NCBI GenBank assembly: GCA_040905385.1 | Contig: JBBDRP010000002.1 | Span: 322,937 to 386,936, forward strand | DNA: 64,000 nucleotides | Direction of reading: 5' to 3' | From: Minisyncoccota bacterium | GTDB taxonomy: Bacteria; Patescibacteriota; Minisyncoccia; Phycocordibacterales; SW-6-46-9 | Part shown: piece after piece, positions 52,243-61,911 of the stretch | Layout of the letters: each line of letters begins with the position of its first letter | Numbering within the stretch: position 1 is the first letter of the stretch | Position numbers and translations under genes: made by a program | The notes under the pieces: generated by a model | What the model saw: the letters and a program-made list of their open reading frames with translations, nothing else | Database searches by the model: none | Told to the model about the DNA's origin: nothing

Positions 52243-53793
52243 ATGAAAGACTCAAGCAAAACATTTAATCTGACACTCGCGGCATTTTTATTTCCAATTT
52301 TTGTCCTCGGAATTATCTTGACCGGAATTTTTGTTGTTGACCAATCAATTTTGGCACAGGCATCAACCGAAATGGATTCTGAGATTGATGAATCTTATTT
52401 CGTGGATGATGACACCACACTGGCTCAGTCGGGTGGTCTTCTCCAGCCACGCAATTCTTCAGACGAAGAGGAAGCAACCTCATCAAAGGATTCCTCTGAG
52501 CTTGCTTCTTGTAATGACGTCTATATAGAGGATGATTTACGAATTGATTTTGATAACGACGAAGAGTCAGTGCTGAAGCTTCAGTCTTTCCTGAAAACGT
52601 ACGAAGGCTACAATTACGTTGAGCTAAATGGAGACTTTGATGAAGATACATTGCAAGCTGTGCAGGCGTTTCAGACTCGGTACGCCGAAGATATTCTGGA
52701 GCCGTGGGGATACCAGCCAGATGAAGCTACAGGTTATGTATACATAACTACCAAGCAGAAGATTAACGAAATTCACTGTGATGAGCGTTTCAGCCTTACA
52801 CAAGCGCAGCAGCAGGAGATTCGTGAGTTCCGTGAGCTTGTAAACCAGCTTCGATCTGAGGGATACAGCTTTGAAACTCCCAACTACCTGACCCAGTACT
52901 ATGCAGACATGAATGGATCAGTACCGGAATTTGATGACGAAGTCCCTTCTGAGGAGCAAAGCGACGACAGCGGGGATGAAACGGCTACCACCACAGCCTC
53001 AACAACCGAGGAAGATGAATCAACTACCGATGACCGTAACTTCTTCCAGCGTCTATTTGGATTTGGTGATGACTCATCTGAAACCGAAGAGGAAGCAACA
53101 TCAACCGCAACAACCACAGACGATTCAGATGAAGACGAGGATACAACTACCGCTACTACATCTGCCACAACATCAGAAGGGAATACTGATGACCGTAACT
53201 TCTTCCAGCGACTGTTTGGGATCGGTGGAGATACTGACAACAATGAGGCTACAACAACCGACGAAGGGGAGTCATTGGATGATGACGAAGTCCCGTCTGA
53301 GGAGCAAAGCGACGACAGCGGGGATGAAGTAGCCAATGAAGACGAGGACGAAACTGATGAAAGTGCTACTACATCTGCAACAGGTACCGCTGCTACCTCG
53401 GCCGCAACGACCAGCTCTCTTGGTGATGTAGCTGCTGGTGTTTACAACGGAGTAAACAGTATATTTAACTTCCTGCTATCTCCGACATTTCTGTTAATTG
53501 TGCTGGTAATTTTGATTCTTCTACTTGTGGCTACAATTATCGAGAGTGGTGATGATGAAGCTGAGGACGACGATACAGATATGGATCCATGGGCCGAGTA
53601 TGACGAAACCCAGTCGGTTGAGGAGGAAGGTGAGGTTGAGTCATCGGAAGATGACGAAATCCCGTCTGCTGAGGAGCAAAGCGACGACAGCGGGGAGGAT
53701 GTTCCAACTCCGCCTGAGGATGATGACAATATCAGTCTTGATGAGCTTGAGGCTGACGATGATGAGGACGAGGATGTGTTCACACGTAACTAG
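52243..53793 (+). CDS. Acidic repeat protein with N- and C-terminal TM helices and a PG_binding_1-like peptidoglycan-binding domain
   Basis: LKLQSFLKTYEGYNYVELNGDFDEDTLQAVQAFQTRY resembles PG_binding_1. The DE[VI]PS[EA]EEQSDDSG block occurs three times and TDDRNFFQRLFG[FI]G twice, with near-identical underlying DNA. Start taken at the Met preceding the TM helix. Confidence 0.6.
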   Translation: MKDSSKTFNLTLAAFLFPIFVLGIILTGIFVVDQSILAQASTEMDSEIDESYFVDDDTTLAQSGGLLQPRNSSDEEEATSSKDSSELASCNDVYIEDDLRIDFDNDEESVLKLQSFLKTYEGYNYVELNGDFDEDTLQAVQAFQTRYAEDILEPWGYQPDEATGYVYITTKQKINEIHCDERFSLTQAQQQEIREFRELVNQLRSEGYSFETPNYLTQYYADMNGSVPEFDDEVPSEEQSDDSGDETATTTASTTEEDESTTDDRNFFQRLFGFGDDSSETEEEATSTATTTDDSDEDEDTTTATTSATTSEGNTDDRNFFQRLFGIGGDTDNNEATTTDEGESLDDDEVPSEEQSDDSGDEVANEDEDETDESATTSATGTAATSAATTSSLGDVAAGVYNGVNSIFNFLLSPTFLLIVLVILILLLVATIIESGDDEAEDDDTDMDPWAEYDETQSVEEEGEVESSEDDEIPSAEEQSDDSGEDVPTPPEDDDNISLDELEADDDEDEDVFTRN

Positions 53794-53865
53794 ACTGTGC
53801 CATAAATGTGGATAGCTTCCGTCGGTATATTTATACAGAAAAATAAATGATGTGAAAAATCGCTC

Positions 53866-53895
53866 TTTTGAGCGGTTTTTCTTTTTACGCACAGG
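53866..53895 (+). terminator. Rho-independent terminator (AATCGCTC-tttt-GAGCGGTT plus T-run)
   Basis: Read directly from the sequence. Confidence 0.5.
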
Positions 53896-53925
53896 TTACT
53901 ACGAGAGTTATGATTTGTGGATAAC

Positions 53926-53981
53926 GTGGGTGCAGCGTGGTATAAGTGGTGTATAATAATAACTAAGTGGGATAGAGTGGG
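53926..53981 (+). promoter_or_regulatory. mraZ/dcw promoter region: TATAAT at 53952-53957 and GTGGG repeats (53926, 53967, 53977; the last two separated by a 5-nt spacer) resembling MraZ operator boxes
   Basis: The repeats are read from the sequence. E. coli MraZ binds GTGGG-type direct repeats. Confidence 0.45.
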
Positions 53982-53995
53982 AAAGAAATATAGCC

Positions 53996-54430
53996 ATGTT
54001 TATCGGTGAATACACACACACAATGGACCTCAAGCGACGTGTATCTTTGCCGCAGGTATTTCGTGAGGAGCTGGATGAGACGGTAGTGCTGACGCGGGGA
54101 CTGGATAGTTGTATCTTTCTTTTTCCCGAGGAATCCTGGCAGCAGATTGCTGATGAGTTGGCGAGTCTCTCATTCGGAGATGCTGACTCACGAGGATTAA
54201 ACCGATTTCTCTTGTCCGGGGCTCGGGAGGTAAAGATTGATGCTTCTGGAAGAATTCTGGTACCTGATTTTCTGTCTGATTTTGCTGACCTCGAAAAAGA
54301 AGTTGTTTTTACCGGCGTGCACTCTCGGATCGAACTGTGGGGAAGTGATCAGTGGAAGGACTACACGAACAAGGTTGAGTCTCAAGCTGATCTTCTGGCC
54401 CAGACATTAGGTGACGTTGGCATGATATGA
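53996..54430 (+). CDS. mraZ: Transcriptional regulator MraZ
   Basis: Duplicated SpoVT/AbrB-like halves (DLKRRVSLP and DASGRILVP). Confidence 0.9.
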   Translation: MFIGEYTHTMDLKRRVSLPQVFREELDETVVLTRGLDSCIFLFPEESWQQIADELASLSFGDADSRGLNRFLLSGAREVKIDASGRILVPDFLSDFADLEKEVVFTGVHSRIELWGSDQWKDYTNKVESQADLLAQTLGDVGMI

Positions 54431-55350
54431 GCAAGCACGTTCCAGTTCTACTACCAGAAGTGCTGAGGTATCTAAATCCCGAAAGTGGCGAAACGATACT
54501 TGACGCGACGATCGGTGCTGCCGGGTACGCCCAGGCAATCGCAACCCTTATCGGTGAGTGGGGAAGACTGATTGGGATCGATGCTGACGCCAGTGCAATT
54601 ACGGCCGCAGAAGAGAAGTTGCGTGTCGAGGAGGCAGAGATCTGTCTTCAGATAGCTAACTTCCGCACGATTGAGCATGTGCTGAAGAACTGTGAGGTTA
54701 AGGAGCTTGATGGTGCCGTCTTCGATCTCGGATTTCGCAGCGAGCAGCTGGAGATGAAGCGAGGATTTTCATTCCAGGAAGACGCACCGCTATTGATGAC
54801 CTTCTTGCATCCAGATGATGTCAGTGAGGCTGATGTGACTGCTTATGATGTGGTTAATGACTGGGAGAGAGACAGTCTGGAAAGCGTTCTTTCCGGCTAC
54901 GGTGACGAACGCTATGCTGCCCGGATTGCCGACGGCATCATCACTGCTCGTGAAAAAGAGCCGATTGAGACCACCGGGGAGCTGGTACGAGTAATCAAGA
55001 AATCAGTACCACTTCATTACCGTAACGGCCGGCGACATCCGGCTACCCGCACCTTCCAGGCCCTTCGTATCGCCGTTAATGATGAAATGAATGCCTTGGC
55101 AGAAGGATTACAGGCCGCTTTCGAAGCACTGACGGAAAATGGTCGATTGGTGGTTGTTTCCTTCCATAGTTTGGAGGATCGAATGACCAAAGACTTCTTT
55201 ACTGAGCTGACCGAAGCTGGCCGGGCCGATCAACTGACCGACAAGCCGATTACAGCCGGGCCAGAGGAGCTCAACTTTAATCCACGCTCACGCTCAGCCA
55301 AACTACGCGCCGTTAAGAAACTATCTGAAAATGACCGACTTGCAGTGTAA
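54427..55350 (+). CDS. rsmH: 16S rRNA (cytosine1402-N4)-methyltransferase
   Basis: HVPVLL..DATIGAAGYA SAM-binding start and dcw position. Confidence 0.9.
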   Translation: MSKHVPVLLPEVLRYLNPESGETILDATIGAAGYAQAIATLIGEWGRLIGIDADASAITAAEEKLRVEEAEICLQIANFRTIEHVLKNCEVKELDGAVFDLGFRSEQLEMKRGFSFQEDAPLLMTFLHPDDVSEADVTAYDVVNDWERDSLESVLSGYGDERYAARIADGIITAREKEPIETTGELVRVIKKSVPLHYRNGRRHPATRTFQALRIAVNDEMNALAEGLQAAFEALTENGRLVVVSFHSLEDRMTKDFFTELTEAGRADQLTDKPITAGPEELNFNPRSRSAKLRAVKKLSENDRLAV

Positions 55351-55429
55351 TTAGTCGAGACTTTATACAGTTTCCAAGAAATGTCCAGCTGCTTGATTTT
55401 ATTCACCTTATATAATTCACCACTATCCT

Positions 55430-55750
55430 ATGAGCCAGTATATTTACTCTCGCATCTACCGAAAGCGTATTTTTATAACCCTTATAACCCTATTTGTTTT
55501 ATCCGCGGGGTTATACGGTTTTTTCCTGCAGCAGACCATCAGTCATGTTGTTGAACGGACAACTTTAGATAATAATATCGCCTCGCTTCATTCACAGATT
55601 GGTGATGCAGAGTATAATTATGGTAGCTCAATTAGTTCGATTACGATGGACAAGGCCTTGGCTCTTGGATTTACACCAGTTGATTCAACGACCTATGTAA
55701 CTCGTGCTGATCGCGGCACCTTTGTAAGTCTCAATGTTTCTGGCGAATAA
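55430..55750 (+). CDS. ftsL: Cell division protein FtsL-like (single-TM)
   Basis: Small bitopic protein between rsmH and ftsI. Confidence 0.5.
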   Translation: MSQYIYSRIYRKRIFITLITLFVLSAGLYGFFLQQTISHVVERTTLDNNIASLHSQIGDAEYNYGSSISSITMDKALALGFTPVDSTTYVTRADRGTFVSLNVSGE

Positions 55751-57449
55751 CTCCATACGGATAAAGATTATAGCGGGTATCGCAGTACTACTAGCGCTTT
55801 CACTGGTGGTTCGTTTGTATTTTGTACAGATTGTTAACGGAGCCGAGTATAAAGAGATCGGACAGGCGCAGTACGTCCAGTCCGATAATCAGCTGTACAA
55901 TCGTGGGTCAATATCCCTGACAGCTAAGGATGGCACCAGCCGGGTAGCGGCGTTGCAGGAATCTGGTTACATACTGGCAGTGAATGCACAGCTGATTGAT
56001 AACGTGGCGATGGTATATACAGCATTATCTAAAATAATTGATATTAACGAAAATTATTTTATGACAGCTGTGGCGGATGTGGATGATCCATACATCGAAA
56101 TCGCTAGTGAGATACCGGAAGAAGCAGCTATTGAAATTCAGGAGGCGCAGATCAGAGGTGTTGGTGTTTATCCGGAAAAATGGCGTCGGTATCCGTACGG
56201 ACCGCTAGCGGCACATGTACTGGGGTATGCCGGGTATGCGGATAAAGGAGATCAGCGGGTTGGAACCTATGGCATTGAGAAGCAGTACGACAGCATTTTG
56301 GATCATGATGGTGGTGGTTCGTACCTGAGTTTTCCGCAGGTTTTTTCTGGTATCGGTAGTGCACTGACCGGCAGTACGATCAGTCGGGATGGTAGTGTCT
56401 TACTAACGCTTGAACCGGATGTACAATCCTATCTCGAGCGACTGTTGTCTGATCTGGCCGAGGAGTGGAACGCACCGCAGACAATGGGAATTGTGATGGA
56501 TCCAAATACCGGAGCTATCCGCGCCATGGCGGTTCATCCAACCTTTAATCCCAATACGTATAACGAAGAGGAGAACGTATCAGTCTTCACTAACCCGACG
56601 GTTCAGAGTCGCTACGAGATGGGATCAATTATCAAGGCCCTTACCATGGCGGCCGGACTGGATGCTGGCGTGGTGACGCCGGAGACAACATATGTAGATA
56701 AGGGAAGCATAACACTAAATAATGCCACAATTTATAATTATGATGGCAAGGCCCGTGGTCGAGTGAACATGCAGGAGGTACTTAATCAGTCGCTGAACAC
56801 CGGGGCCAGCTACGTGGCACTGGAGCTAGGGCATGAACGCATGCGTGACTACTTTTACCGCTTTGGTTTAGGAGAAAAGACTGGGATCAAGCTTCCAGGT
56901 GAAATCGCTGGCGCCGTGTCAAACCTAGAGGTAGACAGAGACCTGGCGTATGCAACAGCTTCCTTTGGGCAGGGAATCGCCTTGACTCCAGTTGCTACCA
57001 TTCGAGCTCTGGCGACGTTAGCGAATGGCGGACGGCTGGTGCAGCCGCATGTAGTTGACTCAATCGACTGGCGACTTGGTGGGTCGAGCGATGTCTCACC
57101 AGAAGTAGGGGATCGCGTGCTCAAGCAGGAGACATCCGAGGAGATATCGCGTATGCTGGTAAAGACCACTGACGAGGCGTTGGCTGGTGGTGACTACTCG
57201 CGTGAGCGTCACAGTGTCGCGGCAAAGACCGGTACGGCTCAGATTGCTCAGCCGGGCGGCGGCTATTACGACGATATCTTTAACCACACATTTTTTGGGT
57301 ATTTTCCGGCCTATGATCCGGAGTTCATTGTGTTCTTGATGGTGCGTGAGCCGCAGGGAGTGCGCTACGCCTCCCAGACCCTGACTGATCCCTTTTTTAA
57401 CATGGTTGATTTTTTGATAAATTATTATAATATAGCTCCAGACAGATAA
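55734..57449 (+). CDS. ftsI: Penicillin-binding protein (FtsI/PBP3-type transpeptidase)
   Basis: SIIKA (SxxK), SLN and KTGTA motifs. dcw position. Confidence 0.85.
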   Translation: MFLANNSIRIKIIAGIAVLLALSLVVRLYFVQIVNGAEYKEIGQAQYVQSDNQLYNRGSISLTAKDGTSRVAALQESGYILAVNAQLIDNVAMVYTALSKIIDINENYFMTAVADVDDPYIEIASEIPEEAAIEIQEAQIRGVGVYPEKWRRYPYGPLAAHVLGYAGYADKGDQRVGTYGIEKQYDSILDHDGGGSYLSFPQVFSGIGSALTGSTISRDGSVLLTLEPDVQSYLERLLSDLAEEWNAPQTMGIVMDPNTGAIRAMAVHPTFNPNTYNEEENVSVFTNPTVQSRYEMGSIIKALTMAAGLDAGVVTPETTYVDKGSITLNNATIYNYDGKARGRVNMQEVLNQSLNTGASYVALELGHERMRDYFYRFGLGEKTGIKLPGEIAGAVSNLEVDRDLAYATASFGQGIALTPVATIRALATLANGGRLVQPHVVDSIDWRLGGSSDVSPEVGDRVLKQETSEEISRMLVKTTDEALAGGDYSRERHSVAAKTGTAQIAQPGGGYYDDIFNHTFFGYFPAYDPEFIVFLMVREPQGVRYASQTLTDPFFNMVDFLINYYNIAPDR

Positions 57450-57542
57450 TATATGATTCTCTATATACTACTTACATTTGCGGTCATATCGCTTGGTTGG
57501 TTGTACCACTGGATGTGACACACCTTACATAGCGTGTCACTA

Positions 57543-57611
57543 ACCACGTTTGACGCGGTGTCACTACCACGACGACTGGTGATTTTGTAAAGCTACATAA
57601 GTACAGGGTGA
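57543..57611. repeat. Left flank of imperfect direct repeats bracketing the GIY-YIG gene (CACGTTTGACG..GACTGGTGA..TAAAGCTAC..GGTGAG)
   Basis: Aligns with 57905-57983. The right copy additionally carries the tRNA-Glu 3'-end-like CCCCGAC segment. Confidence 0.5.
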
Positions 57612-57613
57612 GA

Positions 57614-57892
57614 TTACATTTCATCTTCAAGATTTGAAAATGTATTTTTCAGTATAGATCTTAATTGTTTTCTTCCATATCCACTCTTAAGATATTTTTC
57701 TCTAGATTTAGCATCTTTTTTAGAAGTGAATGCTTCGTAATATATTAATTTAATAGGTAATCTATCTTTGGTTGATAGACAGGTGCCAAACTTATGCTCA
57801 CTTATTCTTCTACTTAAATCTTTTGTATAGCCAATATATAAACCACCATCCTTCTTGCTGTGAAGAATGTAAACATAGAACATTAAGTTCAT
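57614..57892 (-). CDS. GIY-YIG nuclease family protein (small standalone, UPF0213/YhbQ-like), low-GC gene
   Basis: YVYILHSKKDGGLYIGYTKDLSRRISEH matches GIY-YIG. AT-rich ORF flanked by direct repeats. Confidence 0.75.
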   Translation of the reverse strand: MNLMFYVYILHSKKDGGLYIGYTKDLSRRISEHKFGTCLSTKDRLPIKLIYYEAFTSKKDAKSREKYLKSGYGRKQLRSILKNTFSNLEDEM

Positions 57893-57904
57893 TATAGTAT
57901 ACGG

Positions 57905-57983
57905 TGAGCACGTCGAACGTGCTACACCGCGATGACTGGTGACCCCGACCCTCCTTCGCTAAAGCTACGGTAGGGCACGGCGA
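57905..57983. repeat. Right flank of the direct repeats bracketing the GIY-YIG gene. Contains TGGTGACCCCGAC, the tRNA-Glu 3'-end sequence (57937-57949).
   Basis: Read directly from the sequence. Confidence 0.5.
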
Positions 57984-58137
57984 GATTTCCTTACGATAGA
58001 TTGACTGACGTCAATCTTCTCCAGGTCGGCTCTCGTGATGCTCGCCTGCTACGCAACTCGCATAACACTGCGAGCTTCAAATCTGTCGCGAGTGCAGAAA
58101 TGCACTCGCTCGGAGTCAAAATTCACTTCGTTCATTT

Positions 58138-58152
58138 GTGACCCCGACGAGA
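58138..58152. repeat. Second duplicate of the tRNA-Glu 3' end (GTGACCCCGACGAGA). att-like repeat.
   Basis: 15/15 identity to 58325-58339. The surrounding ~250 bp is hairpin-rich, with a degenerate T-arm-like GAGCTTCAAATCTG. Confidence 0.5.
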
Positions 58153-58322
58153 ACATTCACATCGTCACTCTGTTCCTCTTTCGAAACCACTCGGTTTCGA
58201 AGGCTTCCTCCACGAGAGAAACTACAGTTTCTCTCGACCTCTCTTAGTGTTCAAATCTCTCCCAGTTATCTACTAAAAGAGACACAAATTTAGATCAACA
58301 TTCAGTTAATTATTAGACTATT

Positions 58323-58400
58323 TGGTGACCCCGACGAGATTTGAACTCGTGTTACTAGGATGAGAACCTAGCGTCCTGGACCGGGCTAGACGACGGGGCC
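58323..58400 (-). tRNA. tRNA-Glu (anticodon CUC) with encoded CCA
   Basis: Manual fold: acceptor GGCCCCG/CGGGGTC (one G-U pair), the TCGTCTAG...CCAGGAC D-region typical of tRNA-Glu, anticodon loop TTCTCAT, T-arm ACGAG-TTCAAAT-CTCGT. Confidence 0.8.
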
Positions 58401-58530
58401 GAGTATCTAATTTTACTACAAACTTGTTCTTAGAGAGATTTATAGGGCCAATAAGCAACGTTAAATATAATACAGACTTTTTGCTTCATTCGCAATGTAT
58501 TAACCCATATCCTTACGAGCGAATGGTATT

Positions 58531-58887
58531 ATGGTAATAGTAAAACAACCTAATCAAAATATTGCGATGACAAATCTTATACTGGGAATAATAATTGGTG
58601 CAATAATCACGACTTTTACGCTTTCTGCAGCAGATCGTGCGCGTGATCGGGTGGTGGGTGCGTGCAAGTTCGTGCTTGGACAAAATGAAGATAAGGAGAA
58701 GAATAAGCAGCAGATTTTAGAATTTTTAGCAGCTAATGACGGCCAGGCAAGCAACAGCGAAATCAGCGAGCACCTTGGTGTCAGCAGCCGCACCGTCGTC
58801 CGCTATATGGATGAGCTAGAGGCCACTAGGGAGGTAACCCAGGTCGGCGAGACCGGTCGCGGCGTCACCTACCGCCTCACCCGCTAA
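58531..58887 (+). CDS. Hypothetical membrane-anchored winged-helix DNA-binding protein
   Basis: N-terminal TM (LILGIIIGAIITTF). C-terminal HTH-like ISEHLGVSSRTVVRYMDELE..GRGVTYRL. Confidence 0.5.
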   Translation: MVIVKQPNQNIAMTNLILGIIIGAIITTFTLSAADRARDRVVGACKFVLGQNEDKEKNKQQILEFLAANDGQASNSEISEHLGVSSRTVVRYMDELEATREVTQVGETGRGVTYRLTR

Positions 58888-58937
58888 ACACGACAACTGG
58901 CTGTCGTGTTTAGTGATTACTTGAAATAAGGAGCCAA

Positions 58938-60266
58938 TCAGCTAGTTAGAATATCGACAGCCAGGGCGGCCGACCAAGAGAAGTGCTCGGCACCAATACC
59001 TTCAAGCGTTTCTGGGTTGTAGTATTCCCAAATTCCGTGATTTTCTAATAGATTGATAAGATTGTTACGTAAGCCGCTGGCGTACTCGTCAGCGCCAGCA
59101 TTTTCTAGTCCATCCAGCATCAGCCAGTTGGTATTGATCCAGACAGGCCCGCGCCAGTAACGGTCAGGAGTAAATTTATTGCTGAATAGACTTGTTGATG
59201 GGAGTAGCGTTGCTCGGCAGCTTCCTTCACCACAAAATAGTTTTTCATCCAAGGTATCAAAAAGGTTTTCAACCTCCTCCTCATTCATATCGCCACCAAT
59301 GAGTGGGGACATGGCGGCAATAGTATTCTCTTTTAGTAATTTACCACTCAGAAGATCGCGGTCGTAAAAAAGTCCGTTCGACCTGTCCTGACATCGAGTG
59401 TTAATATTTTCTCGAAAGCGCTGCTGCCAGGTGGTTATCTCTTCAGTATTTTCATTTAGTGTATCGGCAATGCGCAGCAGGTAGCCGTTGGCGAGGTGCA
59501 GAACCGAGGAGAAGAATACATCCTCTACCTGGAACGGATGCACTTGGCGCAGTTTTTCATCATCATATCCTGCCTCTCGCATCTTTTCGGCGAGGTATAC
59601 GTACGTATCGTAATTAGCATTGCTGGGCCGGAAGCGGGCATCAACAAAGCCGGTATCACGTCGCTCATACAACGCTTTTTCCTTTATAGAGATATTTTTC
59701 AGTGGCGTATCCCAGCGGGGTGAGTTGTCCATGCCTGACTCCCACGGATGGTAGATGGTTATCAGCCCGGTGTTGCCCTGGTCACGCTGGCGGTAGAGAT
59801 ACGTATGCAGACTCAGAAGCTTTGGGTACATCAGCTCCAGCCAGTCTAGAGCTAGCTCAGAATCCGTTTTTTCCAGTGTCTCAAATACCTTCCAGACCGA
59901 GATAGAATGAATCGGCGGCTGGGTCATCCCGGACGTCTCCATTCCTTCTGGCGCTTGATCAGAGGTATCCTGCACCTGCCAGAAGGTTTCATTAGGGAAG
60001 TAGTTATCTGAAGGTATGTGAAAGATGACATGGGGAAGAAAACCATTTTTCCACTGACCGGAAAATAAGGTCTCGATTTCCGTCATCGCTCTCTGTATAT
60101 CGATATGTCGCCAGCCAATAGCGGAAAACCCAGAGTCCCAGTTCCACTGGTAGGGATACACATCTGCGGCCGGCTTAGTGAAGCCCGACCCTTCGTCTAC
60201 CTGAACCCAGTTATCCTGAAGAATTTTTACGGCCTCCTCCTGAAGTTTATTACTATCGGTGGTCAT
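58938..60266 (-). CDS. (alpha/alpha)6-barrel glycoside hydrolase, GH63/GDE_C-like (glucosylglycerate or mannosylglycerate hydrolase-like)
   Basis: YPYQWNWDSGF and overall acidic-Trp-rich pattern. 442 aa. Confidence 0.45.
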   Translation of the reverse strand: MTTDSNKLQEEAVKILQDNWVQVDEGSGFTKPAADVYPYQWNWDSGFSAIGWRHIDIQRAMTEIETLFSGQWKNGFLPHVIFHIPSDNYFPNETFWQVQDTSDQAPEGMETSGMTQPPIHSISVWKVFETLEKTDSELALDWLELMYPKLLSLHTYLYRQRDQGNTGLITIYHPWESGMDNSPRWDTPLKNISIKEKALYERRDTGFVDARFRPSNANYDTYVYLAEKMREAGYDDEKLRQVHPFQVEDVFFSSVLHLANGYLLRIADTLNENTEEITTWQQRFRENINTRCQDRSNGLFYDRDLLSGKLLKENTIAAMSPLIGGDMNEEEVENLFDTLDEKLFCGEGSCRATLLPSTSLFSNKFTPDRYWRGPVWINTNWLMLDGLENAGADEYASGLRNNLINLLENHGIWEYYNPETLEGIGAEHFSWSAALAVDILTS

Positions 60267-60316
60267 TTATCTCTACTGTATCATAGGTATTTTCAGATGT
60301 TCTGCCTATAAAATAA

Positions 60317-60345
60317 TTGACATAGGTGCTAATGTAAGCTATATT
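60317..60345 (+). promoter_or_regulatory. Sigma-70-like promoter (TTGACA, 17-bp spacer, TATATT) upstream of the efflux operon
   Basis: Read directly from the sequence. Confidence 0.4.
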
Positions 60346-60430
60346 TAGAGGTGAAACGCGGCTATTTTTAACTTCAGATGAATCCTCATCACTGTCTTGG
60401 CGGTGGTGTTATTTTTTACTTCCAACCCCT

Positions 60431-61906
60431 ATGAAATTAATTCTAAAAAAATCAAAATCCATCTTCCTAATAACTGGCATTGTTGTTATTGCTGGTATTC
60501 TCTTCGTGCAGGCCGCAGGTAATGGAGAGACTAATTCAGCAGAGGATAATCAATCTACTAGCCAAGCAACTGCCGTGACGGTGTACGAGATAAATACATC
60601 TGCTAAATCGGATCGGATCACAACCAGTGGAACGGTTGAGTCTTATCTACAGGCGTCCTTAACTGCTGAGTCGGGTGGGCAGGTTCAGCAGGTGATGGTT
60701 GATATTGGTGACAGGGTTGGCCGCGGCGAGGTTCTTGTGCGCTTATCTTCGGATGATCAGCAGGCATCACTCGCACAAGCTGAGGCTGGCCTTATGTCGC
60801 AGGAGGCGCGATTGAATGAGTTACGGGTGGGAGCGCGTCCCGCTGAGCTTCGCAATAGCGAGCTGTCCCGAGACGAAGCCCGTCGGGCATTTTTGAATAC
60901 TGATTTACAGGCTTATGTCGAGGATGAGGACACTTTTTCTTCTCGCGGAACGTTTGCATCTCCGCAGATTTCTGGGGTATATAATTCTCTAGAAGAAGGA
61001 GCTTACAATATCGAGCTGTATCGATCGGGCAGTGTCTCTGGCTACTCATTTCGGTACACCGGACTCGAGACTGGTGTAGCAGCAGTACGGACAGACATTC
61101 CACAAGCACTGGGAAGTCGTGGTTTATTTATCGAGTTTCCAGAAAATTTTGCCACCAATCGAGATCTGGAGTGGGTAGTACCGATTCCAAACACACGATC
61201 AAGCCAGTATACCCAGGCTCGCACGAATTTCCAACGGGCTGATAATAATCTCGAAATAGCGACTGATGGAGCCCGAGTCGAACAGATTCAGGCCCAGGAG
61301 GCGGCGGTTGCACAGGCACGGGCTGGAGTTGATGCAGCTCGCTCCCAGCTAGCTAAAAAGACGATCCGGGCACCGTTTGCAGGTGAAGTGACGGCGGTGC
61401 GGGTTAATATTGGTGAGTACGTAAGTCCTGGTCAGACGGTGGTTGAACTGGTCGATGCGGATAATCTTCAGGTAACTACCTACGTCTCTAGTCAGGAAGC
61501 AAAGCGAATATCTGTAGGTGATGCAGTTATAATTGATGACAGATTCAATGGCCGCGTTGCTAACATTGCAGCAGCGATTGATACTCAGACCGGGAAAATC
61601 GAGATGACGATTGAGATTACTGACTCAGAGGCGCAGCTAATTGTGGGAGATTTTGTTCCGGTTGAGATACTGGCCGGTACCCGCGAAAGTGGACAAACTG
61701 CTGTTCCGCTAACGGCTGTTAAAAATGATAGCCAGGGAGCCTATGTTCTGCGTATCAATAATGACGGAGTAGCAGAGCGAGTTGTTGTAGAGACTGGCCG
61801 TATCAGCGGAGACTCCGTGGTGATAACCGACAGCCTTAGCGGCACTATTGAGATAATTCGTGATGCTCGGCAGGTAACGGCTGGTACAGCGGTAAAGACT
61901 AATTAA
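60431..61906 (+). CDS. Efflux RND transporter periplasmic adaptor (HlyD/membrane fusion protein family)
   Basis: N-terminal TM, lipoyl/beta-barrel-like segments (VMVDIGDRVGRGEVLVRL) and coiled-coil hairpin. Confidence 0.75.
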   Translation: MKLILKKSKSIFLITGIVVIAGILFVQAAGNGETNSAEDNQSTSQATAVTVYEINTSAKSDRITTSGTVESYLQASLTAESGGQVQQVMVDIGDRVGRGEVLVRLSSDDQQASLAQAEAGLMSQEARLNELRVGARPAELRNSELSRDEARRAFLNTDLQAYVEDEDTFSSRGTFASPQISGVYNSLEEGAYNIELYRSGSVSGYSFRYTGLETGVAAVRTDIPQALGSRGLFIEFPENFATNRDLEWVVPIPNTRSSQYTQARTNFQRADNNLEIATDGARVEQIQAQEAAVAQARAGVDAARSQLAKKTIRAPFAGEVTAVRVNIGEYVSPGQTVVELVDADNLQVTTYVSSQEAKRISVGDAVIIDDRFNGRVANIAAAIDTQTGKIEMTIEITDSEAQLIVGDFVPVEILAGTRESGQTAVPLTAVKNDSQGAYVLRINNDGVAERVVVETGRISGDSVVITDSLSGTIEIIRDARQVTAGTAVKTN

Positions 61907-61911
61907 TTCAT

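Noticed and set aside
52899-53783. Minus-strand Ser-rich ORFs (145 and 113 aa) and plus-strand out-of-frame ORFs within the acidic repeat gene
   Set aside because: They are artefacts of the GAA/GAC-rich repeats (antisense reads as Ser/Val) and have no independent support.
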